From an uncultured Oscillospiraceae bacterium (lineage in GTDB: Bacteria > Bacillota > Clostridia > Oscillospirales > Oscillospiraceae): a DNA stretch of 64,000 nucleotides. Shown one piece after another: positions 53,971 to 64,000 of this stretch. Position 1 is the first letter of the stretch. Each line of letters begins with the position of its first letter. The notes under the pieces were generated by a model. The model was not told the origin of the DNA. It was given only the letters and a program-made list of their open reading frames with translations, and ran no database searches. The translations under genes were made by a program, and so were the position numbers. The stretch covers positions 5,548 through 69,547 of the forward strand of contig CANQTO010000007.1 of assembly GCA_947626785.1 (NCBI GenBank). The letters are read 5' to 3'.

Positions 53971-54623
53971 GTGTTTTTACCTCCGTCGTCGTCAATGATC
54001 GTGACTCGGCGGCCGTTCACTTGCAGCCGCCCCTGGCAGAACAGGGCAACCGCCCTGGGCAGGATCTTCCACTCCGCCTGCTCCATCACCCGGCGCTGCA
54101 AGAGCTCCGGCGTGTCCCCCGGCAGCACCTCCACCGCCTTTTGCAGCACCACGGGGCCGCCGTCCGGCTCCTCGGTGACAAAGTGGACGGTGGCCCCGGT
54201 GACCTTCACCCCGTAGCTCAGGGCCATCTCATGCACGTGGAGCCCATAGGCGCCCGCGCCGCAGAAGGAGGGGATTAGGGCCGGGTGGACGTTCAAAATC
54301 GCGTTGGGGTAGGCGGAGACGATCTCTCCTGTGAGGATGTGCATAAAACCGGCCAGCACCACCAGCCGGATATCCAGCCGGTGCAGAAGCTCCGTCAGGG
54401 CGTGGGTATAGGCGGCGCTGTCGGGATAGTCCTTCCGGGGCAGCACATGGGCGGGGATCCCCGCCTTAGCGGCCCGCTCCAGCGCGTAGGCGCCGGGCCG
54501 GGAGGCGATGACGGCGGCCAGCTCCCCGCCGCCCAGCTCGCCCCGGTCCCTCGCGTCGATCAGGGCCTGGAGATTGGTCCCCCCGCCGGAGACCAGCACG
54601 GCGATCCGGCAGGGCTTCAGCAC
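53967..54623 (-). CDS. purN: phosphoribosylglycinamide formyltransferase
   Basis: The 218-aa product has [19 protein letters not shown] and the [10 protein letters not shown] motif. Confidence 0.9.
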   Translation of the reverse strand: MLKPCRIAVLVSGGGTNLQALIDARDRGELGGGELAAVIASRPGAYALERAAKAGIPAHVLPRKDYPDSAAYTHALTELLHRLDIRLVVLAGFMHILTGEIVSAYPNAILNVHPALIPSFCGAGAYGLHVHEMALSYGVKVTGATVHFVTEEPDGGPVVLQKAVEVLPGDTPELLQRRVMEQAEWKILPRAVALFCQGRLQVNGRRVTIIDDDGGKNT

Positions 54624-55657
54624 AGCAGCACCTTGTCCTCTCCGGGGACGATCTCGCCCATCACATAGGCGTCCTCCCCATTGGCCCGGAGCAGCTCCAG
54701 GGCCCGGTCCGCGTCCTCCTTGGGGACCACCAGGCTCATGCCCACGCCCATGTTGAAGGTGTTGAACATATCCCGCTCCGGGATGTCCCCGGCCCGGGCG
54801 ATCAGCTCAAAGAGGGGCGGGGTCCGGAGAGCGGCCTTGTCGATCTTCGCGCAGAGCCCGTCGGGGATGCTGCGGGGGATGTTCTCGTAAAAGCCGCCGC
54901 CGGTGATGTGGGAAATGCCCCTGACCTGCACCTTGTCCAGGAGGGCCAGGACGGGCTTTACATAGATCTTGGTAGGCTCCAGCAGGGCCTCGCCCAGGCT
55001 CCGGCCCCCCAGGGCCTCCAGGGGGCTGCGCAGGTCGGCCCGCTCCACGTCGAAGACCCGGCGGACCAGGGAAAAGCCGTTGGAGTGGACGCCGCTGGAG
55101 GGCAGGGCGATCACCGCGTCGCCGGGGACCATGCTCCGGTTGTCCAGGATCTTGCTCTTGTCCACGATGCCCACGGCAAAGCCCGCCAGGTCATATTCGT
55201 CCGCCGGGTAAAAGCCGGGCATCTCGGCGGTCTCGCCGCCGATGAGGGCGGCCCCCGCCTGCACGCAGCCCTCGGCCACGCCGGAGACCACGGCGGCGAT
55301 CCGCTCGGGGATGTTCTTGCCGCAGGCGATGTAGTCCAGGAAAAACAGGGGTCTCGCGCCGCAGCAGATGATATCGTTGACGCACATGGCCACGCAGTCG
55401 ATGCCCACCGTGTCGTGCTTGTCCAGCAGGAAGGCCAGCTTCAGCTTGGTGCCCACGCCGTCGGTGCCGGAGACCAGGCAGGGCTGGCTCATGCCGCTCA
55501 GGTCCGGCGCGAACAGGCCGCCGAAGCCCCCGATGTCGGAGACCACGCCGGGGGTCAGGGTGCGCTGCACGTGCCGCTTCATCAGCTCCACCGCCTTATA
55601 TCCGGCGGTGATGTCCACGCCGGCGGCGGCGTAGGAGGCAGAGTAGCTCTCGCTCAT
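54617..55657 (-). CDS. purM: phosphoribosylformylglycinamidine cyclo-ligase (AIR synthetase)
   Basis: The 346-aa product has YAAAGVDI and DGVGTK motifs. Confidence 0.9.
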   Translation of the reverse strand: MSESYSASYAAAGVDITAGYKAVELMKRHVQRTLTPGVVSDIGGFGGLFAPDLSGMSQPCLVSGTDGVGTKLKLAFLLDKHDTVGIDCVAMCVNDIICCGARPLFFLDYIACGKNIPERIAAVVSGVAEGCVQAGAALIGGETAEMPGFYPADEYDLAGFAVGIVDKSKILDNRSMVPGDAVIALPSSGVHSNGFSLVRRVFDVERADLRSPLEALGGRSLGEALLEPTKIYVKPVLALLDKVQVRGISHITGGGFYENIPRSIPDGLCAKIDKAALRTPPLFELIARAGDIPERDMFNTFNMGVGMSLVVPKEDADRALELLRANGEDAYVMGEIVPGEDKVLLC

Positions 55658-57084
55658 GTGTCGATCTCGCTTTCAAAAATATTTTTTTCCGCCTGCCGGG
55701 GCACCTCCATGGGGTACTCCCCGGTAAAGCAGGCGTCGCAGAGGCCCAGGCGGCAGCCCCGGGCGATCTTCCGGGCCGCGTCCACCGACAGAAAGCCCAG
55801 GCTGTCGGCCCCGATGATCTGCCGCATCTCCTCTACCGTGCGGCCGTGGGCCAGCAGCTCCTCCTCGCCGGGGATGTCCACCCCAAAGAAGCAGGGGTGC
55901 CGGAAGGGCGGGGCGGAGACGCGCATATGGACCTCCGTGGCCCCGGCGTCCCGCACCAGTTTGATGAGCCGGGCGCAGGTGGTGCCCCGGACGATGGAGT
56001 CGTCCACTAAGATGATCCGCTTGCCCCGGACCGCCTCCCGCAGGGCGTTGAGCTTCAGGCGCACGGAGCGCTCCCGCTGGTCCTGGCCGGGCTGGATAAA
56101 GGTCCGGCCGATGTAGCGGTTCTTGATGAGGCCCACCCCGTAGGGGATGCCGGAGCAGCGGGCGTAGCCGATGGCGGCGGGGATGCCGGAGTCCGGCACG
56201 CCCATGACCATATCCGCCCCCACCGGGTGCTCGATGGACAGGTATTTCCCGGCCTCCTGCCGGGCCAGTTCCACCGAGGCCCCGTCCAGCACGGAGTCCG
56301 GCCGGGCAAAATAGATGTACTCAAAAACGCACAGGGCGCTCCCGGCCTTGGTTTTGGCAAACAGGGAGCGCACAGAGCCGTCCGGGTCCACGACCACCAC
56401 CTCGCCGGGCTCAATGTCCCGCTCGAAGCTGGCGCCCAGCGCGTCCAGGGCGCAGGACTCGGAGGCAAAGATGACCGCCTGCCCAAGCCGGCCCATGCAC
56501 AGCGGGCGCATGCCCCGGGGGTCCCGGGCGGCGATGAGCTTGCGGGCGGACATGACGCACAGGGAGTAGGCCCCCTGCACCAGGTCCATGGTGTTGACCA
56601 CCGCTTCTTCAATGGAGCGGGCCTTCAGCCGCTCCTGCACCAGGGTATAGACCAGCACCTCCGTGTCGGAGCTGGAGCGGAAGATGGCCCCGTTCAGCTC
56701 CAGCCTCCGCCGGAGCTGGGGCGCGTTGACCAGGTTGCCGTTGTGGGCCAGGGCCAGGTTGCCCTTCACGTGGGTGATGGCCAGGGGCTGGGCGTTCTCC
56801 CGCCGGGCCTCCCCGGTGGTGGAGTAGCGCACGTGGCCGATGGCCATGCTGCCGTGCATGGCGTCCAGCCGCTTTTGGTCAAACACCTCGCCCACCAGGC
56901 CCAGGTCCCGGTGGCAGCGGATGACGCCCCGGCTGTTCACGGCGATGCCGCAGGACTCCTGCCCCCGGTGCTGGAGGGCGAAGAGGCCGGCGTAGGTCTC
57001 GTGGGCCGGGCTCAGACCCGAGCCCTCCGGCGTCCAGATGCCGAAGACGCCGCACTCCTCTTTCAACTGATCTTCAAAGCCCAT
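55654..57084 (-). CDS. purF: amidophosphoribosyltransferase (canonical)
   Basis: It has a short propeptide and then the Ntn Cys (EECGVFGIW). Also present are [15 protein letters not shown], the PRPP loop [10 protein letters not shown] and C-terminal Cys residues. Confidence 0.9.
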   Translation of the reverse strand: MGFEDQLKEECGVFGIWTPEGSGLSPAHETYAGLFALQHRGQESCGIAVNSRGVIRCHRDLGLVGEVFDQKRLDAMHGSMAIGHVRYSTTGEARRENAQPLAITHVKGNLALAHNGNLVNAPQLRRRLELNGAIFRSSSDTEVLVYTLVQERLKARSIEEAVVNTMDLVQGAYSLCVMSARKLIAARDPRGMRPLCMGRLGQAVIFASESCALDALGASFERDIEPGEVVVVDPDGSVRSLFAKTKAGSALCVFEYIYFARPDSVLDGASVELARQEAGKYLSIEHPVGADMVMGVPDSGIPAAIGYARCSGIPYGVGLIKNRYIGRTFIQPGQDQRERSVRLKLNALREAVRGKRIILVDDSIVRGTTCARLIKLVRDAGATEVHMRVSAPPFRHPCFFGVDIPGEEELLAHGRTVEEMRQIIGADSLGFLSVDAARKIARGCRLGLCDACFTGEYPMEVPRQAEKNIFESEIDT

Positions 57085-57110
57085 AAGCTATTCTCCCGCT
57101 CTCTCCGCTC

Positions 57111-58535
57111 TTATTCCTTGCCGTTCCAGCAATAGGTGCAGACCTTGTCCCGGTCGATGCCGATGGCCTCCAGCAGCCCGTCCAGGGACTGGTAGCCCAG
57201 GGAGTCAAAGCCCAGGGCCTCCCGGATAGCCTTCAGCAGGCACTGGCCCCGCTGGGTATGCACGTCGGCGTACTCGTCCAGGTGCTTCTCCCCCTCCGGG
57301 CCCTCCAGCTCCTGGACGGTCTTCCGGGCGATGAGCTCCATGGCGGAGTTGCTGCGGGAAAAGTTGAGGAACTTGCAGCCGTACATGATCGGGGGGCAAG
57401 CGGAGCGCATGTGGACCTCTTTCGCGCCGCTGGCGTAGAGGAATTCCACCGTCTCCCGCAGCTGGGTGCCCCGGACGATGGAGTCGTCCACGAACAGCAG
57501 CTTCTTGCCCTCGATCAGCTCCGGCACAGGGATCTGCTTCATCTTGGCCACCTGGTTCCGGACCTCCTGGTTGGCAGGCATGAAGGAGCGGGGCCAGGTG
57601 GGGGTGTATTTCACAAAGGGCCGGGCAAAGGCCTTGCCGCTCTCGTTGGCAAAGCCGATGGCGTGGGGCAGGCCCGAGTCCGGCACGCCGGCCACGTAGT
57701 CCACGTCCGGCAGGGTGCCCCGCTCCGCCTCATCCCGGGCCATGATCTGCCCGTTGCGGTAGCGCATCAGCTCCACGTTGACGCCCTCGTAGTTGGAGTT
57801 GGGGTAGCCGTAGTAGGTCCAGAGGAAGGCGCAGATCTTCATGTTCTTCCCGGCGGGGGAGAGGGTCTCCCAGCCGTCTGCCGTGATCTTCACGATCTCC
57901 CGGGGGCCCAGGCTGTAGGCGTTCTTATAGCCCAGCTTCTGGTAGGCGAAGGACTCGAAGGACACGCAGGTCCCCTGGTCGTTTTTCCCGATCAGCACCG
58001 GCAGGCGGCCCAGCTCGTCCCGGGCGGCGATGATCTCCCCCTTCTCGGTGAGGATCAGCAGGGTCAGGGAGCCGTCGATGAGGGTCTGGGCCCGGTGGAT
58101 GCCCTCCACCAGGGTCTCCCCCTGGTTGATGAGGGCGGCGGCCAGCTCGGTGGAGTTGACCTTGCCGGAGCTCATGGCCATGAAGTGGTTGCCCCCTTGG
58201 GCAAAGTGCCGCTCCACCAGCTGCTCGGCGTTGTTGATGATGCCCACGGTGGTGATGGCGTAGAGGCCCAGATGGGAGCGGACCAGCAGCGGCTGGGGGT
58301 CGGTATCGCTGATGCAGCCGATGCCGGAGCAGCCGTGGAAGTCCTGTAAGTCCCGCTCGAACTTGGTGCGGAAGGGGGTATTCTCGATGGAGTGGATCTG
58401 CCGCTGGAAGCCGTCAGCCGCGTCATGGATGATCATGCCGCCCCGGCGGGTGCCCAGGTGGGAGTGGTAGTCCACCCCGAAGAAAACGTCCAGAGTCACG
58501 TCCCGCTTGGAGACGGCGCCGAAAAAGCCGCCCAT
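57111..58535 (-). CDS. PurF-like amidophosphoribosyltransferase paralog lacking glutaminase catalytic residues
   Basis: It starts MGGFFGAV, with Gly in place of the Ntn Cys. TVGIINN replaces HNGNLVN. The PRTase loop [10 protein letters not shown] and the Cys pairs (ACPPIMYGC, CTYC) are retained. Confidence 0.75.
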   Translation of the reverse strand: MGGFFGAVSKRDVTLDVFFGVDYHSHLGTRRGGMIIHDAADGFQRQIHSIENTPFRTKFERDLQDFHGCSGIGCISDTDPQPLLVRSHLGLYAITTVGIINNAEQLVERHFAQGGNHFMAMSSGKVNSTELAAALINQGETLVEGIHRAQTLIDGSLTLLILTEKGEIIAARDELGRLPVLIGKNDQGTCVSFESFAYQKLGYKNAYSLGPREIVKITADGWETLSPAGKNMKICAFLWTYYGYPNSNYEGVNVELMRYRNGQIMARDEAERGTLPDVDYVAGVPDSGLPHAIGFANESGKAFARPFVKYTPTWPRSFMPANQEVRNQVAKMKQIPVPELIEGKKLLFVDDSIVRGTQLRETVEFLYASGAKEVHMRSACPPIMYGCKFLNFSRSNSAMELIARKTVQELEGPEGEKHLDEYADVHTQRGQCLLKAIREALGFDSLGYQSLDGLLEAIGIDRDKVCTYCWNGKE

Positions 58536-58538
58536 GCC

Positions 58539-59249
<711 letters not shown>

Positions 59250-59270
59250 AGTTTTTTCCTCCATTATATC

Positions 59271-59765
59271 TTAGTTCTGCGCAGTTTCTTGCAGCGCCGC
59301 GTCCGCGGCCAGGGTCTTCTCCGTGTCGGCCTTGCGGCGCGCGGCCAGCTTTTCCGCCAAAACCCCGTCCTCCACCGCCAGGATCTGGACGGCCAGCAGG
59401 GCGGCGTTGACGGCCCCGTCGATCCCCACGGCGGCCACGGGGATACCGGAGGGCATCTGCACCGTAGAGAGCAGGGCGTCAGCCCCGCTGAGGGCCCCGG
59501 CGCTGATGGGGATGCCGATGACGGGCAGGGTGGTGGCGGCGGCCAGAGCCCCCGCCAGGTGGGCCGCCATACCGGCGGCGGCTATTAAAACGCCAAAGCC
59601 CGCCTCTCGGGCGGACTCGGCAAACCGCCGGGCCTCCACAGGGGTCCGGTGGGCGGAATAGACATGGGCCTCGGCGCAGACGCCAAAGGACCGCAGGGTG
59701 TCGATGGCCTTCTGCACGGTGGGCAGGTCGTTGGCGCTGCCCATAATGACGGCGACTTTCTTCAT
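59271..59765 (-). CDS. purE: N5-CAIR mutase
   Basis: This is ORF 59271..59876 with the start at ATG 59765 (MKKVAVIMGSANDLP), AAGGAAGGAG upstream. It has the AGMAAHLAG motif. Confidence 0.9.
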   Translation of the reverse strand: MKKVAVIMGSANDLPTVQKAIDTLRSFGVCAEAHVYSAHRTPVEARRFAESAREAGFGVLIAAAGMAAHLAGALAAATTLPVIGIPISAGALSGADALLSTVQMPSGIPVAAVGIDGAVNAALLAVQILAVEDGVLAEKLAARRKADTEKTLAADAALQETAQN

Positions 59766-59864
59766 AGGAGTCTCCTTCCTTGTTCTGGGTAACGGCTGAT
59801 CTTTTCTTCTGAGATTGATGTCCAGAGGACACCAAGAGAACACACATAGGCTATCATGTTCCCC

Positions 59865-59921
59865 GGAAATCCGCAAGATGGAATATTGACTGAATTCCCT
59901 GACTTTTTTTTGCGGAAATTT
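59865..59921. promoter_or_regulatory. pair of inverted PurBox-like sites in the purE / guaB divergent region
   Basis: GGAAATCCGCAA (59865-59876, plus strand) and AAATTTCCGCAA (the minus-strand reading of 59910-59921) face each other. They loosely resemble the B. subtilis PurR box AWWWCCGAACWWT. The second overlaps the guaB P1 -35. Confidence 0.25.
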
Positions 59922-59980
59922 GATAAATCGGGCGTTTCGTCTATAATATGCTTGACAATTTCAGGCAACTGTGACATAGT
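59920..59980 (+). promoter_or_regulatory. two tandem sigma-70 promoters for guaB
   Basis: P1 is TTGATA (59920-59925), 16 nt, TATAAT (59942-59947). P2 is TTGACA (59952-59957), 17 nt, CATAGT (59975-59980). Confidence 0.55.
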
Positions 59981-60011
59981 TGGGCAAAAAGAAACAAAGG
60001 AGTCGATCGCC

Positions 60012-61523
60012 ATGGCCACCTACTATCCCGAACCCTCCCATACCTTCAGCGAGTATCTGCTGATCCCCGGCTACACCTCCCCGGACTGCATCCCCGCCCA
60101 GGTCTGTCTGCGCACGCCACTGGTGAAGTACCGCAAGGGCCAGGAGGACTGCCCCATCGTCCTGCGCATCCCCATGACCTCCGCCATCATGCAGAGCGTC
60201 TCCAATGACACCCTGGCCGTGGCCCTGGCCCGGCAGGGCGGGCTCTCCTTCATCTACGGCTCCCAGTCCATCGAGGACGAGGCGGCCATGGTGGCCCGGG
60301 TGAAGAGCTATAAGGCCGGCTTCGTGCCCAGCGACTCGAACCTCTCCCCGGACGCCACGCTTAAGGACGTGCTGGAGCTGAAGGCCCGCAGCGGGCACTC
60401 CACCGTGGCCGTCACCCAGGACGGCACCGCCCAGGGCAAGCTGCTGGGCATCGTCACCAGCCGGGATTACCGGGTCAGCCGCATGGAGCCCTCCGTCCCT
60501 GTCCGGGACTTCATGACCCCCCTGGAGCGGCTCATCACCGCCCCCGAGGGCACCACCCTGAAGGAGGCCAACGACATCATCTGGGACCACAAGCTCAACG
60601 CCCTGCCCATCGTCTCTGCCGACGGGCGGCTGCTGTACTTCGTCTTCCGCAAGGACTATGAGCAGCACAAGGAGAACCCGGACGAGCTGCTGGACAGCCA
60701 GAAGCGCTACATGGTGGGCGCGGGCATCAACAGCCGGGATTATAAGGAGCGGGTCCCCGCCCTGGTGGAGGCCGGCGCGGACGTGCTGTGCATCGACTCC
60801 TCCGAGGGCTACTCCTGCTGGCAGGAGCAGACCCTGGCCTGGATCCGGGAGAAATACGGCGACAGCGTGAAGGTGGGCGCCGGCAACGTGGTGGACCGGG
60901 ACGGCTTTCTGTTCCTGGCCAAGGCCGGGGCGGACTTCGTGAAGGTGGGCATCGGCGGCGGCTCCATCTGCATCACCCGGGAGACCAAGGGCATCGGCCG
61001 GGGCCAGGCAACCGCCGTGATCGAGGTGGCCAAGGCGAGAGACGAGTATTTTGCCGAGACCGGCGTGTATGTGCCCATCTGCTCCGACGGCGGCATCGTC
61101 CATGACTACCATATGACCCTGGCTCTGGCCATGGGGGCGGATTTCCTGATGCTGGGCCGCTATTTTGCCCGCTTTGACGAGAGCCCCACCAACCGGGTGC
61201 TGGTCAACGGCCAGTACATGAAGGAGTACTGGGGCGAGGGCAGCAACCGGGCCCGCAACTGGCAGCGCTACGACCTGGGCGGCAAGACCGACCTGAGCTT
61301 TGAGGAGGGCGTGGACTCCTATGTGCCCTACGCCGGCTCTTTGAAGGACAATGTGGAGAAGAGCCTCTACAAGGTCAAGTCCACCATGTGCAACTGCGGC
61401 GTCACCACCATCCCCGATTTGCAGCGGGACGCCCGGCTGACCCTGGTCTCCGCCACCTCCATCGTGGAGGGCGGCTATCACGACGTGGTCCTCCGGGCCC
61501 GCGGCGGCAATCAAGACAGATAA
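60012..61523 (+). CDS. guaB: IMP dehydrogenase
   Basis: This is ORF 59856..61523 with the start at ATG 60012 ([20 protein letters not shown]), AAAGGAG upstream. It has a CBS pair insert and the catalytic loop [12 protein letters not shown]. Confidence 0.85.
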   Translation: MATYYPEPSHTFSEYLLIPGYTSPDCIPAQVCLRTPLVKYRKGQEDCPIVLRIPMTSAIMQSVSNDTLAVALARQGGLSFIYGSQSIEDEAAMVARVKSYKAGFVPSDSNLSPDATLKDVLELKARSGHSTVAVTQDGTAQGKLLGIVTSRDYRVSRMEPSVPVRDFMTPLERLITAPEGTTLKEANDIIWDHKLNALPIVSADGRLLYFVFRKDYEQHKENPDELLDSQKRYMVGAGINSRDYKERVPALVEAGADVLCIDSSEGYSCWQEQTLAWIREKYGDSVKVGAGNVVDRDGFLFLAKAGADFVKVGIGGGSICITRETKGIGRGQATAVIEVAKARDEYFAETGVYVPICSDGGIVHDYHMTLALAMGADFLMLGRYFARFDESPTNRVLVNGQYMKEYWGEGSNRARNWQRYDLGGKTDLSFEEGVDSYVPYAGSLKDNVEKSLYKVKSTMCNCGVTTIPDLQRDARLTLVSATSIVEGGYHDVVLRARGGNQDR

Positions 61524-61543
61524 AGACTGTCAAACATATAGCG

Positions 61544-61582
61544 GAAGGCTCCCTTTCTTGTGAGGGAGCCTTCTGTTTTTTT
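61544..61582. terminator. bidirectional intrinsic terminator
   Basis: GAAGGCTCCCT / AGGGAGCCTTC followed by TGTTTTTTT, between convergent guaB and rdgB. Confidence 0.85.
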
Positions 61583-62159
61583 ATTGATCCAGCTGCGCCA
61601 CCAGGGCCTGGAGGGCCTTGAAGCGGTGGCTGATCCGGTTTTTCTCCTCCGGGGGGAGCTGGGCGGAGGTGCAGCCGTACTCCGGCAGGTAGAGCAGCGG
61701 GTCGTAACCGAAGCCGTTGGAGCCCTTCTCCTCCTGGCCGATGAGCCCGTAGAAGAAGCCCTCGGCGGTGACGCTGCTGCCGTCGGGCCGGACCAGGGCC
61801 ATGGCGCAGGTGAAGTGGGCCCGCCGGTCCTCCACGCCCCGCATCTTCTCCAGCAGCAGCCGGTTGTTGGCCTTGTCGTCCCCGTGGACCCCGGAGAAGC
61901 GGGCCGAGTAGATCCCCGGCGCGCCGCCCAGGGCGTCCACACACAGGCCGCTGTCGTCCGCCAGGGCGCAGCAGCTGGAGATCTCTGCGATCTCCCGGGC
62001 CTTTTTCAGGGCGTTTTCCATAAAGGTCGCCCCGTCCTCCACCGTCTCATGCTCGATGCCCGCCTCCCGCAGGGAGAGGATCTCCTCGAAGCGGTGTCCT
62101 AAGATGGCCTTGATCTCTATGAGCTTGTGCTCGTTGTTGGAGGCGATGATCAGCTTCAT
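61581..62159 (-). CDS. rdgB: XTP/dITP diphosphatase (RdgB/HAM1 family)
   Basis: The 192-aa product starts MKLIIASNNEHKLIEIK and has the FGYDP motif. Confidence 0.9.
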   Translation of the reverse strand: MKLIIASNNEHKLIEIKAILGHRFEEILSLREAGIEHETVEDGATFMENALKKAREIAEISSCCALADDSGLCVDALGGAPGIYSARFSGVHGDDKANNRLLLEKMRGVEDRRAHFTCAMALVRPDGSSVTAEGFFYGLIGQEEKGSNGFGYDPLLYLPEYGCTSAQLPPEEKNRISHRFKALQALVAQLDQ

Positions 62160-62171
62160 AGCGCCGCCCCC

Positions 62172-63848
62172 TCAGAACAGGCCGGAGATGACCCCGTTCT
62201 CGTCCAGGTCGATCCGCTCGGCGGCGGGGGACTTGGGCAGGCCGGGCATGGTCATGATCTCGCCGGTGAGGGCCACGATGAAGCCCGCTCCGGCGGAGAC
62301 CTTCAGGTTCCGCACGGTGACGGTAAAGCCCTCGGGGGCCCCCAGCAGGGCCGGATCGTCGGAAAAGCTGTACTGGGTCTTGGCGATGCAGACCGGCAGG
62401 CCGCCGAAGCCCAGCTCCGTCAGCTCCTTCAGCTGCTTCTGGGCCCCGGGAGTCAGGGCCAGGCCCGCCCCCCGGTAGACCCGGGTGACCACGGCCCGGA
62501 GCTTGTCCTCGATGGAGGCGTCCAGGGGATAGCTGAAGCGGAAGTCACCCTTCTCCTCCTCGCAGAGACGGACCACCTCCTGGGCCAGGGCTACGCCGCC
62601 CTCGCCGCCCTTGCCCCAGACCTCGGACAGCACGGTGTTGACGCCCAGCTCCCGGCACTTGGCGATGATGAAGTCCAGCTCCGCCTGGGTGTCGGTGGGG
62701 AAACGGTTGACCGCCACCACGCAGGGCAGACCGTAGACGTTCTTAATGTTGTCCACATGGCGCAGCAGGTTGGGCACGCCCAGCTCCAGGGCGGCCAGGT
62801 CCTCATGGTCCAGCTGCTTCTTGTCCAGGCCGCCGTGCATCTTCAAAGCCCGCACCGTAGCCACGACCACCACCGCCGAGGGCTCCAGCCCCGCCGCCCG
62901 GCACTTGATGTCCAGGAATTTCTCCGCGCCCAGGTCCGCGCCGAAGCCGGCCTCGGTGACGGCGTAGTCGCCGCAGCGCAGGGCCATCTTGGTGGCCAGC
63001 ACGGAGTTGCAGCCGTGGGCGATGTTGGCGAAGGGACCGCCGTGGACAAAGGCGGGCGTCCCCTCCAGGGTCTGTACCAGGTTGGGCTTCACCGCGTCCT
63101 TCAGCAGGGCGGCCATGGCCCCGGCGGCCTTCAGCTGCCCGCAGGTGACGGGCCGGCCGTCGTAGCTGTAGCCCACCACGATACGGCTGAGCCGCTCCTT
63201 CAGGTCGCTGATGCTGCCGGCCAGGCACAGCACCGCCATGATCTCGCTGGCCACCGTGATATCGAAGCCGTCCTCCCGGGGCACGCCGTTGGCCCGGCCG
63301 CCCAGGCCGTCCACGATGTTGCGCAGCTGCCGGTCGTTCATGTCCAGGCAGCGGCGCCAGGTGACGCGCTTGGGGTCGATGCCCAGGGCGTTGCCCTGCT
63401 GGATGTGGTTGTCCAGCAGCGCCGCCAGCAGGTTGTTGGCGGTGCCGATGGCGTGGATGTCGCCGGTGAAGTGCAGGTTGATGTCCTCCATGGGCACCAC
63501 CTGGGCATAGCCGCCGCCGCAGGCGCCGCCCTTGATGCCGAAGACCGGCCCCAGAGAGGGCTCCCGCATAGCCACCACGGACTCCTTGCCGATCTTCCGC
63601 AGGCCGTCGGCCAGGCCGATGGTGGTGGTGGTCTTCCCCTCGCCGGCGGGGGTGGGGGTGATGGCCGTCACCAGGATCAGCTTACCCTGGGGCCGCCCGG
63701 TCTCCCGCAGGAAGGCCAGGTCCACCTTGGCCTTGCTGCTCCCGTAGCGCTCCAGATACTTCTCGTCGATGTGGGCCTTCACGGCGATCTGACCGATGGG
63801 CTGCATCCGGCAGCTCTGGGCAATTTCGATGTCGCTCAACCAGCTCAT
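62172..63848 (-). CDS. fhs: formate-tetrahydrofolate ligase
   Basis: This is ORF 62172..63977 with the start at ATG 63848 ([11 protein letters not shown]), AAGGAG 6 nt upstream. It has the P-loop [10 protein letters not shown]. Confidence 0.9.
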   Translation of the reverse strand: MSWLSDIEIAQSCRMQPIGQIAVKAHIDEKYLERYGSSKAKVDLAFLRETGRPQGKLILVTAITPTPAGEGKTTTTIGLADGLRKIGKESVVAMREPSLGPVFGIKGGACGGGYAQVVPMEDINLHFTGDIHAIGTANNLLAALLDNHIQQGNALGIDPKRVTWRRCLDMNDRQLRNIVDGLGGRANGVPREDGFDITVASEIMAVLCLAGSISDLKERLSRIVVGYSYDGRPVTCGQLKAAGAMAALLKDAVKPNLVQTLEGTPAFVHGGPFANIAHGCNSVLATKMALRCGDYAVTEAGFGADLGAEKFLDIKCRAAGLEPSAVVVVATVRALKMHGGLDKKQLDHEDLAALELGVPNLLRHVDNIKNVYGLPCVVAVNRFPTDTQAELDFIIAKCRELGVNTVLSEVWGKGGEGGVALAQEVVRLCEEEKGDFRFSYPLDASIEDKLRAVVTRVYRGAGLALTPGAQKQLKELTELGFGGLPVCIAKTQYSFSDDPALLGAPEGFTVTVRNLKVSAGAGFIVALTGEIMTMPGLPKSPAAERIDLDENGVISGLF

Positions 63849-63861
63849 AAGATTCTCCTTT

Positions 63862-63992
63862 TTAAAAAATAGAGGGCGTACACAGCCGCGCAAGCGGCAG
63901 GCACACCCAGACGGACGGCTTTCCTTCGGCAGCTTGGCCCACGTGGTACTCTCCACTCCGGGGAAAAGCTTCCCCAACCGTCAGGGTCAAAC
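63862..63992 (-). promoter_or_regulatory. ZTP (pfl-motif) riboswitch with terminator expression platform, upstream of fhs
   Basis: The minus strand reads CTGACGG ... GTGGAGAGTACCACGTGG ... GCCGTCCGTCTGGGTG. This parallels the recalled ZTP aptamer core (ACUGACGG ... GUGGnnnnACCAC ... GCCGnCCGUCUGGGCG). The GGGTGTGC of the pseudoknot strand can instead pair with GTACGCCC in a terminator stem followed by TATTTTTT. Confidence 0.75.
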
Positions 63993-64000
63993 GCCGGATC

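Noticed and set aside
59766-60011. A purine (guanine/adenine) or ZTP riboswitch expected upstream of purE.
   Set aside because: I read the minus strand and found no three-way-junction purine aptamer core and no ZTP sub-domains. Only the TCCGCAA inverted boxes are reported, at low confidence.

Overview
High-G+C Clostridia-type chromosomal segment. The taxon is an inference from the T-box and ZTP leaders, a SpoVK-like ATPase and overall gene content, and it resembles Oscillospiraceae-like gut anaerobes. I support about 47 protein genes, nearly all housekeeping. Left to right they are: a GtrII-like membrane glycosyltransferase (partial), an MtnN-like nucleosidase, serA and serC. Then mtaB, a cysteine desulfurase, an AI-2E transporter, a DD-carboxypeptidase and pgi. 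A small AT-rich islet follows (XRE-type HTH gene plus a small divergent gene), then nagA. Next comes a marR / ABC exporter / ABC exporter / giant SBP-like lipoprotein operon, a signal-peptide surface protein, and a Trp T-box controlling a stand-alone trpB2. After that: an orphan membrane GT2, an amylosucrase-like GH13, a GldA/F/G-like ABC-2 module with DUF4340, lysR/putP, two tandem CNNM/CorC genes, rsmE, a SpoVK/CbbX-like AAA+ gene, and GH36 plus GH2 glycosidases. The right third holds mnmG and a ~14 kb purine operon: purE, purC, a purF-like gene, purF, purM, purN, purO, purB, an AICARFT-only purH, purD and a large purL. It is flanked by guaB, rdgB and a ZTP-riboswitch-controlled fhs. I found no rRNA, tRNA, CRISPR array, transposase or integrase. 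I did not find a clear multi-gene novel system. The most unusual signals are non-coding. (i) A 441-bp hairpin-dense element bounded by 26-nt inverted repeats at 20790-21230. (ii) Two stand-alone structured RNAs with near-consensus sigma-70 promoters flanking pgi, at 8992-9167 and 11146-11385; the second has a 6S-like closing-stem architecture. (iii) A perfect 12-bp SD-sequestering hairpin in front of the exporter-linked lipoprotein gene. (iv) A PurF paralog whose glutaminase catalytic residues are replaced, sitting next to canonical purF. The many long ORFs antisense to real genes are high-G+C artefacts.
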